Positions 43,001 to 56,472 are shown, numbered from the stretch's first letter. The stretch is DNA of 64,000 nucleotides from Octopus vulgaris (GCA_951406725.2 OX597820.1:73904001-73968000); one strand, 5' to 3'. A program made the numbers and translations. Notes: a model not told the origin generated them from the sequence alone.

Positions 43001-43492
43001 GAGACGTGAGTTCACTTTCCTATAGATCGAGCCAACGCTATCGATGTGTACGTCAACGATAGCATTAAAGTCCCCTAATATCACTAAAGTCTTCGACGTC
43101 ACGAGAAAGCCCTCTAGGCGCCGATAAAAATCAGTTTGGAAATCTCTAGCACAAGGTGCATAGAGTCCGATCAACCTGAAGGCCTTACTGCTGTATGTCA
43201 CATCAAGGACGACCAGCCCACCTTCTGGGTCTACATAGACTATACTTGTCTGTAGAGCCAAGTCTTTACGGATCAGTACCACTACGCCCCCTCGCCCTCC
43301 GGTCTGGCCAGGAGACATGATTTTCTCGTAGCCATTCAGGAGAGGCGAGAAGGTTTGTAGGCTGTCCAGCTTGGTCTCTGTAGCAACCATCACATATATA
43401 TCATGTGATCTGAGGTCGTCGAGGAAACAAGCCTGCTTCCACTTCGAACTCAGACCACGCACATTTAAACAACCAAGGTTAAGCGAAGCCAT
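40090..43492 (-). pseudogene. LINE ORF2: APE endonuclease, reverse transcriptase and zf-RVT (two premature stops, one frameshift)
   Basis: LNVRGL, ETKL, GDFN, YLDRI, TDH (APE); FRPITLLN, DQSKAFDRV, RQGCPLS, YADD (RT); CPRC..ETVLHAFVEC. TAG stops at 42656 and 41011 are in frame with the downstream ORFs; frameshift at ~42085. Confidence 0.93.
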
Positions 43493-43509
43493 TACAAAAA
43501 GTAAAAGTT

Positions 43510-44935
43510 CTACTTACATTTCGTTGGAGAGGTGGGGGCCGACCTCACCACACGTTTGTGGGCCCCTTCTTTCTCCTCTTTCTTCAGATAGTCCGGCAAG
43601 TTCGCGATATGCCGGATGGCGTTTGGGTGTCTGTCTTTTAATTGTTTGAACGTTGTTTCCGCAATCCACGCGTGTCTATTTCGATCTTTGTATTTGTTGT
43701 ACAGTTTTGCTGACTGATGCTGAACCACAATATCGTTTATGTATTTGTCTTGTGTGTCGAATTCAATTAATATGAGTTCATTTTCTTTTTTGTCTTCTTT
43801 TTCTGGGCCAGTTGAGCGGGATTTTTTTTCCGTGTCTGTGGTGTGTCTTTGTTTTTATTATTTTTTGTAGGGGATGTGGACGGGGATGCTGCACGAATTC
43901 TTTTACGAACTGGTGTAAATCCCACCTCTGATACCTTCATGGTATCGTCTGGGGTAGCAATTGTTTGTTCGGTAGGCGCCGCAGTTTTTAGGGGGTGGGA
44001 GGTTTTAATAGTGTAGGGGTTTGTGAGTGCGAGGGCTGGGTTTTTTCTTCAGTCTGTTTTGGGGTTGGCACCGTAACAGCAGGAGTGGGATTTTTTGTTT
44101 TTGTAGGGGTAGGTGCGTTTGCAAGGGTAGGGACTTTTTTATTATCTGAGGGGCCTGGTGTCTGCGGTTTCTTTTGCTTGTCTGGACAGTCTACACGAAT
44201 GTGGACCTTTTTGCCGCAGGCGTAACAGGTGGGTTTTCGGCCTTCGACCTGTACCCTGAGGGCTACGTTCTCGCCCACGAGCACCCTCTCAGGAAGGAGC
44301 TGCAGGTCCTCCGCTGTTCCTTGAATTAATATATTAATGTTACGCCCGAGCCAAAATCGAGGGGTAGAGCATGTTACTTCTAGTATTTTTATTTTGTCCG
44401 CCCTTTTATATAACAGGGCGGTCACTACCTCTACCGGATCTACTTCCGGCGGGGCTTCTACAATTCTGACCCGGGACGTCCTGCGTCCCCTATAGCTTGG
44501 GAAAAGTACCACCTCCTTGGTTTTTAGGGGGTTCACAGAATGCCCGCGGGCCATTTCTTCCCCCGAGAAGCGGACATCCACAGTGCCATATGCCCGTCCC
44601 CTGGCGACGTACACGATGTCCTTCCAAATCGGGGATAGGCATTTCTCGATGGTGCTTTTTTCAAAGTGTTTGAACCTTCTGCTTTGTGGACAGAAAGTTT
44701 TAAACACTACGGTCCGCTTCTCGGTCTCCACGATACTGGCGGAGGGTGATATTTTAACATCACCACCCTCCTCTTGCATTCTTTTAAATAGCTCGACGAG
44801 CTGGTTGACATCGAAGTCAATGTTCTCGGTAGCCACTGCGGCTACCGCAGAACATTTTTTAACATTGCTCTCCTCAAGAGCACTACTTTCGTGAATAATT
44901 TCAACAGACATTATTCTGTTGAAATTAGACAACAC
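43510..44935 (-). pseudogene. LINE ORF1, gag-like protein with CCHC knuckle (disrupted)
   Basis: 315-aa ORF with CYACGKKVHIRVDC and a Pro/Thr-rich tail; apparent continuation to 43510 in another frame. Confidence 0.75.
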
Positions 44936-47326
44936 AAAAATTACGAGTATTGGTTTCCCACAAAACTGGGAAACCTATAGAAAGTTTTTCTTCCAAAGTA
45001 GTTCAAAAAGCAGTTCAAAAATTCCAATTCCCACCCCCATTCGGGGGAGGGGCACGAAAATAGTCTGGCAGGACTATATATAGTCACGTAAATAAAAAGC
45101 CACAGTGGCTAACAGTTCAACGGTAAGAAATTATTCAATTATTTCCCGGTAAAACCGGAGAACAAGACAGTTCAGCAACGTTTAAAGGCAAATTTTCAGT
45201 AGTAGGAATTCAACAATTAACAACACAGCAAAACTCTTACCGGGAAGAAAACGCGTCCAAACCGTAGTACGGTAGGCAAAGTCACTCTTCTGTCAGTGAG
45301 GTTAGCAAGCTACTTACCACACAGCCACTCCTGCGCCAGTTATTTTTTTTTTTGTAGGAATAATCTGCCCTCAATTGCGTTACTACATCTGCTTGGAACT
45401 GCAGATGGTCGCACCGCTTTCGAGCCCCTCCTGGTTTGGTATATAATATAAACGCATTTACATCCCTCATGTTTACTATATACCAAATCAGGTATCGCCA
45501 CCATATACTATCCTGTCTACCAACCAGATGATAGCACATCATTTGGTTCAGCCGATCTGCACTGCCCATGTACCTGTTATAATCGAGGTTCACAAACAAG
45601 GTGCACCGGTAGATAGAAAATAGATCTGCCTCTTATCTCTGTATGCGATCGCTAGCAGATTTCCTTTCTGCCGTTGGATTATTTTCTTTTTTGAAATTTT
45701 GCTTTATTTTTAAATATCCAACGGCAGCCCTTTTCTACTAGCAATTACTCTTTTCTACTCTAGGCACAAGGCCTGAAATTTTTGGGGAGGGGGCCAGTCG
45801 ATTAGATCGACCCAGTAGCTAACTGGTAGTTAATTTATCGACCCCGAAAGGATGAAAGGCAAAATCGACCTTAGTGGAATTTGAACGCAGAACGTAATGC
45901 CAGACGAAATAACTTATTTCTTTACTACCACTCTGCCAGCTCGCCGCCAGCTTCTAAATCCGCTGCAAGTTTGACCGAACTAAAAAATCGGTAAAAGAAA
46001 TATTATAAAATCCTGGTTATGGTATGGAAGTAATAAATTCCAGACCACATCGTACCCTAGGCCCTTCTGACGAACATTATTGTCTCTTTTCCCAGTATAA
46101 AAAATAAACCCACAGAAATTCCCAGTATTTGCTTCGAAAATTTTCCAAACTTTGATCCCCCACGTTCGTGGGCTTTCCTGGCATATATTGTCGGAAGTGT
46201 ACCCTTCTTTTATACCTCACTATGTCCTCATCGACGGATACATATCAGGGTTATAGAGTGTTTTATATGCGTTCTGGATGCAGTCGAAGAGGGGTCTTAC
46301 TTTAAAGAAGAGATCAAAGTTTGGTTCTCCACATACTGGGGTACTGTTTGTGTCTCTCACATGTAAATACTGGTTCAGTTTCACAAATCGTGTCCTTGAC
46401 ATAATACTGGAAACGTACGATCGCCAAAAGATTCCTGATTATTCCAAGTAATTTGTAATTCTGGGTAATTGTTTTATACCCATAATAACATTTATGGCAA
46501 AAAAAAAATGCCCGTATTTCTTATGGCAAAAAATGCCCGCATTTTTTTCCAGTTAGTTTACATTCTGCATAGCGGTTTATTTTCGCATTGATGGCTTCAA
46601 ACAAGCTTACTTGAAAAACAAGAAAAAAGGCTTAACGGTTTCGCTTTCTGAGAAAGACTATGTATAGATCCTGTCTCAGAAAAATTGTTAATAAAAATAT
46701 TTTAAAACTTTTTACTCCATTCAGGTGTAAAATCGTCCTCAATGTCACTATTGCTGCTTTTAGTTTTTTCAGAATCGCTGCTTTCAGTTTCGGACACAGA
46801 AATATCCGATTCATTTTCATACACCACGTGCTTTTGTAGTTCACTCATACTTTTGCTCGATTTCTCAATATCTTCCGTTAAAAAGCCCTCAAATTCAGAA
46901 TCACTGCTTGATAGCATGAAACTCCTATCCATTTTAAAAGTTGAAGAAAATCGTCGAAGAAAAAATGTGAAAAAAATCTCTCAAAATTCACAGAGTTCAG
47001 ACATCACGCCAAACAATGTCGGATGCTATTACTCGATTATTTACAAAGTGAAGTCACGCATTTTCACGAATGCACTAACGAGATTTGTGTTGAAATTCAC
47101 ATTTAAATAACAATGGGTTCTCTCGGCTGGGTTGGTCGGTTGAACCAAAAAACTTTTCAGCCGGCTGCGGCCGGGTTGGTATCCAAAGGGTTAAGATAAA
47201 CCTTTCCTTTTCACAATACAGCTGGAATGTAGACTGAAGACATGCTTAGGCAACAACCAGTCTTCCATCCGCTCCAAAAAAAAAAAAAAAGGACAACAAA
47301 CCATTCCTTAAGTCTGTACCTACAGA

Positions 47327-47679
47327 CAGTGGCAGACTGGGTCTAAAAATGTTGGTTGCCAGGAGACTAAGGTGGCACACCTACAAGGGGGCCCACCCGC
47401 AACTACAAAGGGACCTACCTGCAACTACAAGGGGGCCCGCCCACAACTACAATGCTATCATTTATTTATTTATTTATTTTTGTTAGAAGTATTCCTTTCA
47501 ATTGCCTACAAACACAGCCAGGCTGAAACAATGCATTCTTACAGGAGTGAATACAAAAATTCTCGAACTTGAGGGGATGGGCCCCTTAGATACTAACATG
47601 GGCCTCCATATATGGATTCTAATGACGCAGGGGCCCAATTGCCATCTGGCAAACTGGCAACCTGGCCAGTCCGTCACTG
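47327..47679 (+). mobile_element. hAT-type MITE, second copy
   Basis: Homologous to 13523-13833. TSD cctacaga/tctacaga (7/8 match). Confidence 0.82.
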
Positions 47680-48036
47680 TCTACAGATGCAGATGAACGG
47701 TCAACTCCGACAAGTGGAAGGTTATCCACCAAATATTTTGATTTCTTTACCCCTTTCAATATGTTTTCTATTGTTTCAGTAAAGTGGACCCACATCAAAA
47801 TTGTAGGATTTTTAAAAGTGTCTCATATATTTTTCAGCCATTAACCTTATCCTTCCCTATCGATCTAGCTTTTAAGTTAGTTGCGAACGTGGATTCCATA
47901 GGAGAAGACCTCCACTTTTTAAGATTGTTGTTGTTTTATACACACTTACACACTCCCACAAACACACGCATATACGTGTATGTGTGTGTGTGTGTGTATG
48001 TATGTCTCTCTTTATCTGTCTACATATCTATCTATC

Positions 48037-48120
<84 letters not shown>

Positions 48121-48235
48121 TGTGTGTGTGTGTGCGTCCGTATGTAAGGCAATCAACACAAAATGATGATAGCACAGGAGGGACAAGTTTTCAAAAATAT
48201 GGAATTAGTTTGATGCCTAAATAGAAGGCAAAGAG

Positions 48236-48271
48236 TTTTGACGTTTCGGGCGTTAGACCCTCATCATAAAA
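48236..48271 (-). ncRNA. Minimal hammerhead motif (C3->A)
   Basis: Minus strand: tttt-ATGATGA-GGG tctaacg CCC-GAAA-CG-TC-aaaa. Confidence 0.55.
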
Positions 48272-48806
48272 ATGAGAAAATGTTAAAAAACAGAAATAGG
48301 GAGTCAGGAGCTGGGTGGAAATGCAGTTCTATGAGGCTGTTCAGAAAGGAAAGAAGTTGGGGTTGATTTCGTTCGGTTTTGTCAGTCATATACCCGTATA
48401 TTTATTCTTTCACGTTACTATCATTGTCCCATATTCACTTGCATCAACAAGCGGAAATCGTGCAAACGTGCAGAGAAAATTTAACATTTCAACTTAGCTC
48501 TTAGCTAAAAGATGTAGAATTAGGTAATAGATAGACCTGTATTATGATTTCGAATTCTGGATTACTTCTCAATTCTCTTCAGCAGGTCTTTATATATATA
48601 TCAGACACCATGATGGAGTGCTAGCTCCAAAAGTTTTTTTTATCCTCTCTCTCTTTATTTTCTCGTGTTCCTTTCTGTTGAAGAGCATAGTCTTGAAAAA
48701 GACTTCCTCACTTTCCCGAGCGTCAAACTAATACACCTGCTTGTTGTTCACTCACCTGTCTTCGTCTTTTGTTTTTTCTGTAACACACACACACACACAC
48801 ACACAC

Positions 48807-48883
<77 letters not shown>

Positions 48884-48885
48884 TT

Positions 48886-49189
48886 GTGGAGGCGCAATGG
48901 GTCCAGTGGTTAGGGCAGCGGACTCGCGGTCGTAAGATCGCAGTTTCGATTCCCAGATTGGGCGTTGTGAGTGTTTATTGAGCGAAAACACCTAAAAGCT
49001 CCACGACGCTCCGGCAGGGAGTGGTGATCCCTGCTGTACTCTTTCACTACTCTTTCTCCTACTCCTTCTTCTGTTGGCCTGCTCGCTTAGCCAGCGAGGT
49101 GGCGTCATTCAAATGCTAAAAAAATCAATGCGAACGCATTGTGACCAGCGATGTGTAACAACATCTGATGGTCTGGTCAGTCACGTGAT

Positions 49190-49196
<7 letters not shown>
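48886..49196 (+). mobile_element. SINE with family-B head and an alternative tail, between (TA)n tracts
   Basis: Head matches the 23924 copy to ~49060, then diverges. Confidence 0.8.
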
Positions 49197-49246
<50 letters not shown>

Positions 49247-49339
49247 ATCCAAACAAGAAAGCACAAAAAACACAACAACGTGAGGACGTGGAACAAATAT
49301 AGTATTATTGGACGCTCAGGAAAGAAGGAAAGAAGGAGG

Positions 49340-49374
49340 GTTTAACGTTTCGAGCGGAGCTCTTCGTCGGACAC
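49340..49374 (-). ncRNA. Minimal hammerhead motif (U4->C) in a ~208-bp element (49243-49450) bounded by (TA)n
   Basis: Minus strand: gtgt-CCGACGA-a-GAGC tcc GCTC-GAAA-CG-TT-aaac. Confidence 0.55.
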
Positions 49375-49448
49375 ATAGGAGAAGGAAAGATCCAGAGAAG
49401 GGAAGACAGAGGAAAAAAATCGCCAACGGTACACACGAGGTCACATTT

Positions 49449-49500
<52 letters not shown>

Positions 49501-49548
49501 GAAGTTTGAAAACGCCGCTATATAAGTTAAATTTTAATTTTCTTAGAG

Positions 49549-49596
49549 ATTTTACATGTTTCGGTTCTTCTTGAGAAAACGAACCTTATCAAAAAT
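49549..49596 (-). ncRNA. Minimal hammerhead with U3-A8 core covariation
   Basis: Minus strand: attt-TTGATAA-GGTTC gttttctcaagaa GAACC-GAAA-CATG-TA-aaat. Confidence 0.68.
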
Positions 49597-49908
49597 ATTT
49601 TTAAAAGTTAAGTATAATAAAAAAGTTCATAATTGTTTCTCACTAGTCTCAACAGAGTCCACGTGGTGGTGTTTTGTGGTGGGAACATAATGGCTGTCTT
49701 ATGTGTTGACTATATTCGTTGGCTGAAATTGTGGAAATGACCAGCGGCTGAAATAGCAGTAGTAGCAGTGACTGTTGGTCGTAGTAGTAATGGTAGTGGT
49801 GGTTGAGAGAGAGAGAGATATGTATGCATGTGTGAATGTATGTATATGCACTTGTGTATGCGCGCGCATGTTTACATCTATAGGCATTTATATGTACATA
49901 CACACACA

Positions 49909-49951
<43 letters not shown>

Positions 49952-50226
49952 GCGTGTGTGTGTGTATTATACATACATAGATACACACATTTAAGATCTC
50001 AGCAAATGTACTGAAAGACTTTTCGTATTATCACTTTCGCAGTGTATATACATAAAACAGACCAAAGTGTCTATAAATACATGACTATAAATCACGTGTA
50101 AGTGATACCACGTGTTCTTCGGAATCCCCTTCATACTGTACCTATCGAAATAAACAATAATAGCCTTTTAAAGATTAAAGAGCCTTTCCCTCTTGGGTCC
50201 ACCTCTCTCGGAAGCACATATGTATG

Positions 50227-50260
<34 letters not shown>

Positions 50261-50759
50261 TGTATGTATGTATGTATGTATGTATGTATGTATGTATGTA
50301 TGTATATACGTCGGTATGTACGTACTTACGTATGTACTTATTTACGTATGTATGTATGTATGTATGTATGCATGTATGCATGTATGCATGTATGCATGTA
50401 CGTAAGATGTATTCTTTGTGTGTGTATGTGTATGTGTGTGTGTTGTATATACGTATGTGTGTGTTTGATTGTCCGTCACCACCGCTTAACAACTGGTGTT
50501 TATAAGTTTACATCACCATAACTTAGTAGTTCGGCAACGGACCCCGATAGAATAAGTACATGGCTTTAAAAAATGTCACGGAGTCGATTTGTTCGTCTAT
50601 AACTCTTTAAGGCGGTACCCCAGCATGGCCGCAGTCAGATGACTGAAACAAGTAAAAGAATAAAAGAATGCATTAGATTAATGTGAACAGGCACAGGTCC
50701 TTCGATTGAACAGAGCTGGAATTATTTCCCCTTATATAAACTATATACGCATGTGTATG

Positions 50760-51099
50760 CTGAGACACCGTTGGGTCATGTCTAACCATGGGATCGCACC
50801 TAGAAAGTTACCATCCCAGGAACAAGTCCGAGCAAGGTTGTTTATGGAAGACCAGAAGTTGCCCATGCATACCAGCCTCCCCTCTTCACGCCACCAGTGT
50901 TATCCAAGGGAAAGGCAAAGGGACCGATACAGCTTGGCACCTGTGACGTCGCAACTCATTTCTACAGCTGAGTGAACTGGAGCAACGTGAAATAAAGTAT
51001 CTTGCTCAAAAACACAACACGCAGCCCGATCCGGGATTCGAACTCACAACCTCACGATCGTAAGCTCGACGCTGCAACCACTGAGCTATGCGCCTTCAC
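50760..51099 (-). mobile_element. tRNA-derived SINE family C (second copy at ~58757-59050, +)
   Basis: Head gtgaaggcgcatagctcagtggtt...gagttcgaatccc, flanked by duplicated tacgcatgtgtat. Confidence 0.85.
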
Positions 51100-52030
51100 T
51101 ACGCATGTGTATACACTACATAAATACAAATGAATTTATCCGTATTTATCTGTCTCTGTTTTAAAATTCGTGTTCACAGTGACTTCATGTAGCACGTATT
51201 AGCTTCTTCAACCAGCCTGCTTTAATAAGCAGGTGACACCTGATGTCCAACTCAGCACAAATTATATAATAAATTTTATAACAATTTAATTGTTCCGGCA
51301 TCGTAACAGCAAATGTCCCGTTATTTTAAATCTAGCTTTAATTAATAATTTCAAATTATGACACCAGTGATTTTAGGAGGATGCGGTCAGACAATTACAT
51401 CGACTTCTGTACGTAACTGGTGCTTTATTTTATCAACTCCGGTTCGATGAAAGGCAAAGTTGCTCCCGGTGGCATCTGACTTTAGTACGCAAAGAACTGG
51501 AAGAAATATTACTGTTTTGTCCGATGCTATAACGATTCCGCTAGCACACCACTTTAACTGTTCTTAAAATAATGGTTTCAAATTTAGGCACCCTTGTGCC
51601 TCTGCCTGTCTGCAGTTCAATGACTAAAACAAGTAACAGATTATATATATATATATATTTCGTTTCCATATTTGGTTTGCAAGATTCTTTATATGAGTTC
51701 GTGAGTTGAAGCATATTCTGTTGTGTCTGGGGAGAGTAATTTTCTTGTGAGTGGATTTGGTAGGCGGAAGCTGAAAGAAGCCTATCGCATATATATATAT
51801 ATATATATATTGTGTGTGTGTGCCAGTGTTTGTCCCCCAACAATCGCTTCACAACCGATGTTAGTGTGTTTGCGTCCCCGTAACTTAGCGGTTCGGCAAA
51901 ATAGGCCGATATAATAAGTACTAGGCTTAAAAAAGAATAGGTCCTGGGATCGATTTATTCGGATAAAGGCGGTGCTCCAGCATGGCCGCAGTCAAATGAC
52001 TGAAACAGGTAGAAGAATAAAAGAATTTTT

Positions 52031-52075
<45 letters not shown>

Positions 52076-52460
52076 CAATAATGTATGTAAGCAGGTATGT
52101 GAATACACATTTCCATGTAGTGTTGAGTGACCTTAAACTTGCGTTTGAATGCCTATAAATACTCACATATCCAGATGCATAAATACACAGGGTTGCTGGG
52201 GTCTACGTGTATGAACGAGCGAATGTATTGAAGTGCGAAAGGAAGGTGGTTTATGTAAGATGGAAGACGTCAAACTGAATTACAAAGATTTTCTAAGAGT
52301 TCACACCATAACGTGAAGTGTTTGAAACTAACAACATTGAATCAATGTATTACTATGACTTCCTGTACATACACACCACACGGACACATACCCCCTATAC
52401 ACACACATACACACACACACACACACATATGTATTCACATGCACGCACATATTTTTATAC

Positions 52461-52508
<48 letters not shown>

Positions 52509-52807
52509 ATTCGACCCCACCACTTCAAATGTGTGTGTTTATGTATGTGTGTGTGTGTGTGTGTGTATGTATGGTGAAACAAAGAGGGACATAGAGACAG
52601 TCACAATGAGAAAGAGGGAGAGGCGGTGAGAGACAGAAAGAGAGGAAGAGAGAGAGAGAGAGAGAGAGGGGAGGGGGAGAATGGGAGAAAGAGAGGGAGA
52701 TTCAAACCGAGTGTGCCATTGCAGTGTGGCTGGTGGATAAATCTGTATCGGAAACACTTCACAACGAGGTTAAATACGTTTAGAAAACACAGTCATGTGA
52801 CTGCCTT

Positions 52808-52845
<38 letters not shown>

Positions 52846-54039
52846 TACATATACAAACATATGTGTGTGTCTGTGCGTAGCGCAGGTACGTGGCCTAGTG
52901 GTTAGGACGTTCGGATCGTGATCATAATGTCATGAGTTCAATTCCTTGACCGTTTGGCACATTTTATTCTTATGTAACGCATTTCATTTCCCCTTGCTCC
53001 AGTTTATTCAGCAGTGAAGATTCAAGAGCTGGGCCTTGTGATGAGAAAAACTCCTTCACTCTAACTGACGTCCTCGAACACCCAGTTCCTTACAACTCCT
53101 CTCTTGATCGACATTACACTTGATAATACAATGGTGTTATACGCCTATAATTGCATTATAACCATTGTCCTTCCCCTGGAAATATATTCATCCACATACG
53201 TCACAAATTCAACATTCACCCGAAGCCTGCACTCCATATGTACTCACATACAACGACCATACAATTAATATATAAACTGCACTCACCATTTGTATACACA
53301 TCTATCTAGCTTGTAAAATAATAAATGTGTTAAAACAACTCCCTTGCAATTAGAAGCACGTATATCTCCTTCTAACAGTAAATTAAAATTTTTGATGACA
53401 TACCTTTTTACGATAATTTGAATGAATAAGTGAAAGCTGTACTTGTTTTGTGATTTATTTTTCTATAACATTAACCCTCTTCTACAATATTATTAAATAA
53501 CGTTTTAAACCACGAATATTATTAACTCTTTGTAAATTTATTTATTTTTAAAGTTTATAGCATTAAACTCATATATCCTCACTTCTGAAAGCACGTTACC
53601 TTTAATAACTACTTCTATTTCATGATTCAACTTTTATTTTCGTATAAATATTAATTCTTTTTATCCTCTTCTTTGTATTAACTCATTGACTGCATAATTA
53701 AATTTTATGGACATTCTTGTAATGATGTTAATTATATACCGAAAAATACAATTGATATTTTCTGCTTCTGCAGTATAAAACAGCTTTATAAGCACTTTAT
53801 CAAAATTTGACACTCGAATTTTTGTCCAATTATTCAGTGAGTGAATAATAATTAATTAAAGGAAGAAAAGTGAAGTAAAGTCGATGTTACGAACGTTTCT
53901 GTGAATGAACGTTATTTACTCCATACTACATACAAAGTTACACAAAATATGCAACATATACAATAACGTTAATGTTTAATCACTTTCTCAGTCATCCTGA
54001 CTATATCTAGGTATAGGCACGGCTGTCTGGATAAATGTT

Positions 54040-56472
54040 ATATTTAATTGAAAGTTAATCATCAATGTACTTTCCCTGATTATCTATGACTTGCTTCCAT
54101 CTCTTTACAAGCTTTTTAATCCCATCAATGTAAAACTCTTTTGGTTTCAAAGCGAAGAACTCGTAAATGTCAGGTTCGACCTCCTCCTGGCTTGCGAAAG
54201 TTGTGTCCCCCAAATAATTCTGTAAACTATTAAAGAAATGGTAGTCTGAAGGAGCAAGGTCGGGAGAATAAGGTGGATGAAGAAATTTTTCCCAATCGAC
54301 CTCTTCGATCTTCTGTGATGTGATCTTTGCAGTGTAGGGTTGCGCATTGTCCTGATGAAGCGTCACTCGTTTTCGACTCACTAAAGCGGCCCTTTTTTCT
54401 TTCAAACCTTGGTTCAAACGCTCTAATTGCTGACAGTAGACTTGAGCATTGATTGTTGCATTAGGTGGTAACAATATAAAGTGAATTACGCCTTTGCAAT
54501 CGCACCAGATAGAGAGAATAACCTTTTCCTCATGAAGCTCCCTTCTCAGTTGTGGTTGAGCATTTTCTTTTTTACCAAGCCACTGTTTACGATGTTTTAC
54601 ATTTCGATAGAAAATCCATTTTTCGTCACAAGTCTATCGAAAATGGATGAAATGAGTTTGCGAGAATGGAGAGAAGAGCAGATGCCAACTCGGGATTTGC
54701 GGTTGCTATCGGACAATACATAAGGCACCTATTTTCCAAGTTTAGGAATCTTTCCACGTTGTTGAAGATGACGATGAACAGTTGTATGGTTTGAAGTAAG
54801 CTTTATTGCCAATTCTTCAACTGATAATGACGGATTTTCTTCAAGTAATGCCTCAAGGAACTTATCATCAAACTCAACTGGACGTCCTTTTCGATATTCA
54901 TCTTCAATTTTGAAAACGATCTCCTGCAAGTTCTATCATTCAAGCACTTTCCCATAAAATGAGTATGTTTCGAGTCACTTCGGCTGCAGCGTAACCTTTA
55001 TTGTACTCATAAAGAATCATATGTGCCTTAAATGCTCCTTGGATACTTCCATGTTAAAAGGGTTTTAATCAAAGCAATTTTAGGGTGTCCACGAAGTCTG
55101 GGTACATGAAATAAAATCATAACATAAACAAATAAATATAAGAAATAATAAATTTCCTTTTTTACTTTTATTTAAATTAAATAAAAAAAACTTTACTTTT
55201 CTAAATTTTTTTGTTATTTTTTCTACAGATGATCGAATGATAGCTCTGTCTAAAGAAGAAAGAATCGAGTTGGTATTATTAAGTAGACGAGATGGATGGT
55301 CTTACGCAAAATTGCGGAAGAATTTAATCTTCGACACCCTTATAGGCAACCTATTTATTTTACTGCCGTCGGGAAATTGATCAAGAAATTTAAAGAAACA
55401 GGCAGTGTTTTGGATAAACCCCGTTCCGGGCGACCAAAGACTTCAGATGAAACGAAAGAGGCTGTCATGGCTAAAGTTTCTGCTAGCCCAAAGAAATCAC
55501 TTCGTCGGACATCCACGGTGTTAGGTGATCCAAATCCAACCATCCACAAAATGCTGGTTGAGGAAAAGTTTCATCGATACAACCTACAGATATTGCATCA
55601 CTTAAATGAAGACGACCCTGATAGACGAATGTAGACGTGCGAATGGCTCTCAGATAAAAAGGATGAAATATCAATTTTACGAAAAACTTTGTGGTCAACT
55701 GATAGAATCTTCTATACTGGTCTCGAGGTAATCCACATTGGATGGATCTATCCAAACAAGCAAGGCAGCAAAAAGGTGATAGTGTGGTGTGGTTTGTGGA
55801 AAGCTCTTGTTCTAGGACCCTTCTTCATTGAACATGTAACGGATGAGACTTATGTAAACATATTGAAAGACAAATTATATCTCAAATTGAGCGCCTAGGC
55901 AAGAGCCTTCCGAATTGGTTTCAGCAGGGTGGGGCCCCTACCCATTTTGCCACAACTGTTAAAGATTGGCTTCATGACACTTTTCCTCACTGGATTGAAA
56001 GAAGGGCTCATATGGAAAGGTCCCCTCGTTCACCAGACCTTTCTCCCCTTGATTTCTTTTTCTGGGGTATGTTGAAAGAGAAAGATTACAGATTTAAAAC
56101 ACATGAGAGAACGCATTACCAGTCAGTGTGCTGAAATTGATGGCAATGTAGACTTATTTAATCAAGTTCACCTGAATTTAGCAAGGCGCATCAAGTTATG
56201 CATTGAAAAATGATGGAAATCACTTTGAAAATATTATTTATTAGTATTATAATTAAATAAAATTGTTTTGTTTTAAAAGTATGTGTTAATCTCCATGTAC
56301 GCAGACTTTGTGGACACCGTCTATTATTTTGTAAAACAATATTTAATTAGTTTAAACGTACACAAATGCATAATAATAATTTTTAATTGAATTAGACATT
56401 TGAAAATACTATTAAATTTCATTCAAATCTAAAAAAAAGGTAAAATTGGACAGAACTGATTGGATGACTTGA
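54040..56472 (-). mobile_element. Decayed mariner (DD34D-type) transposon interrupted by a nested element
   Basis: HQDNAQP and HPPYSPDLAPSDYHFF motifs (ORF 54055..54474), HTH region 54729..55050, and a 5' TIR-like end near 56445-56472. Confidence 0.85.
55083..56320 (+). mobile_element. Tc1/mariner-superfamily element, rosa/DD41D-like (spacing counted as 40), decayed
   Basis: TIRs ggtgtccac.aagtctg.gtacatg at both ends. KFKETGSV.D.PRSGRP and FQQ(G)GAPTH...SPRSPDLSPLDFFFWG. Confidence 0.85.

Larger units (their letters stand above)
39862..45299 (-). mobile_element. Near-full-length Tx1/L1-clade LINE (~5.4 kb)
   Basis: 16-bp TSD ggttagcaagctactt at 39846-39861 and 45300-45315; ORF1 and ORF2 are present. 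Confidence 0.93.
39462..45337 (-). mobile_element. SINE family D split by the Tx1 LINE (body 39462-39861, head 45300-45337)
   Basis: The two halves join into a complete SINE-D. A short agtta duplication flanks it within the piggyBac. Confidence 0.85.
38634..47190 (-). mobile_element. Decayed piggyBac transposon interrupted by SINE/LINE insertions
   Basis: Right end ggtatccaaaggg|TTAA (47190). Transposase pieces MSRTRF..LH, KVRPL, QYMPGKP..WGIK and YNRYMGSADRLNQM..WWR..NAFILY; Cys-rich tail ETSSKCAFCKVAVCRVGCF at ~39230-39330. The left end is degraded and its position is approximate. Confidence 0.8.

Noticed and set aside
40238-44894. Plus-strand ORFs overlapping the LINE
   Set aside because: Antisense shadows of GC-rich ORF1/ORF2.
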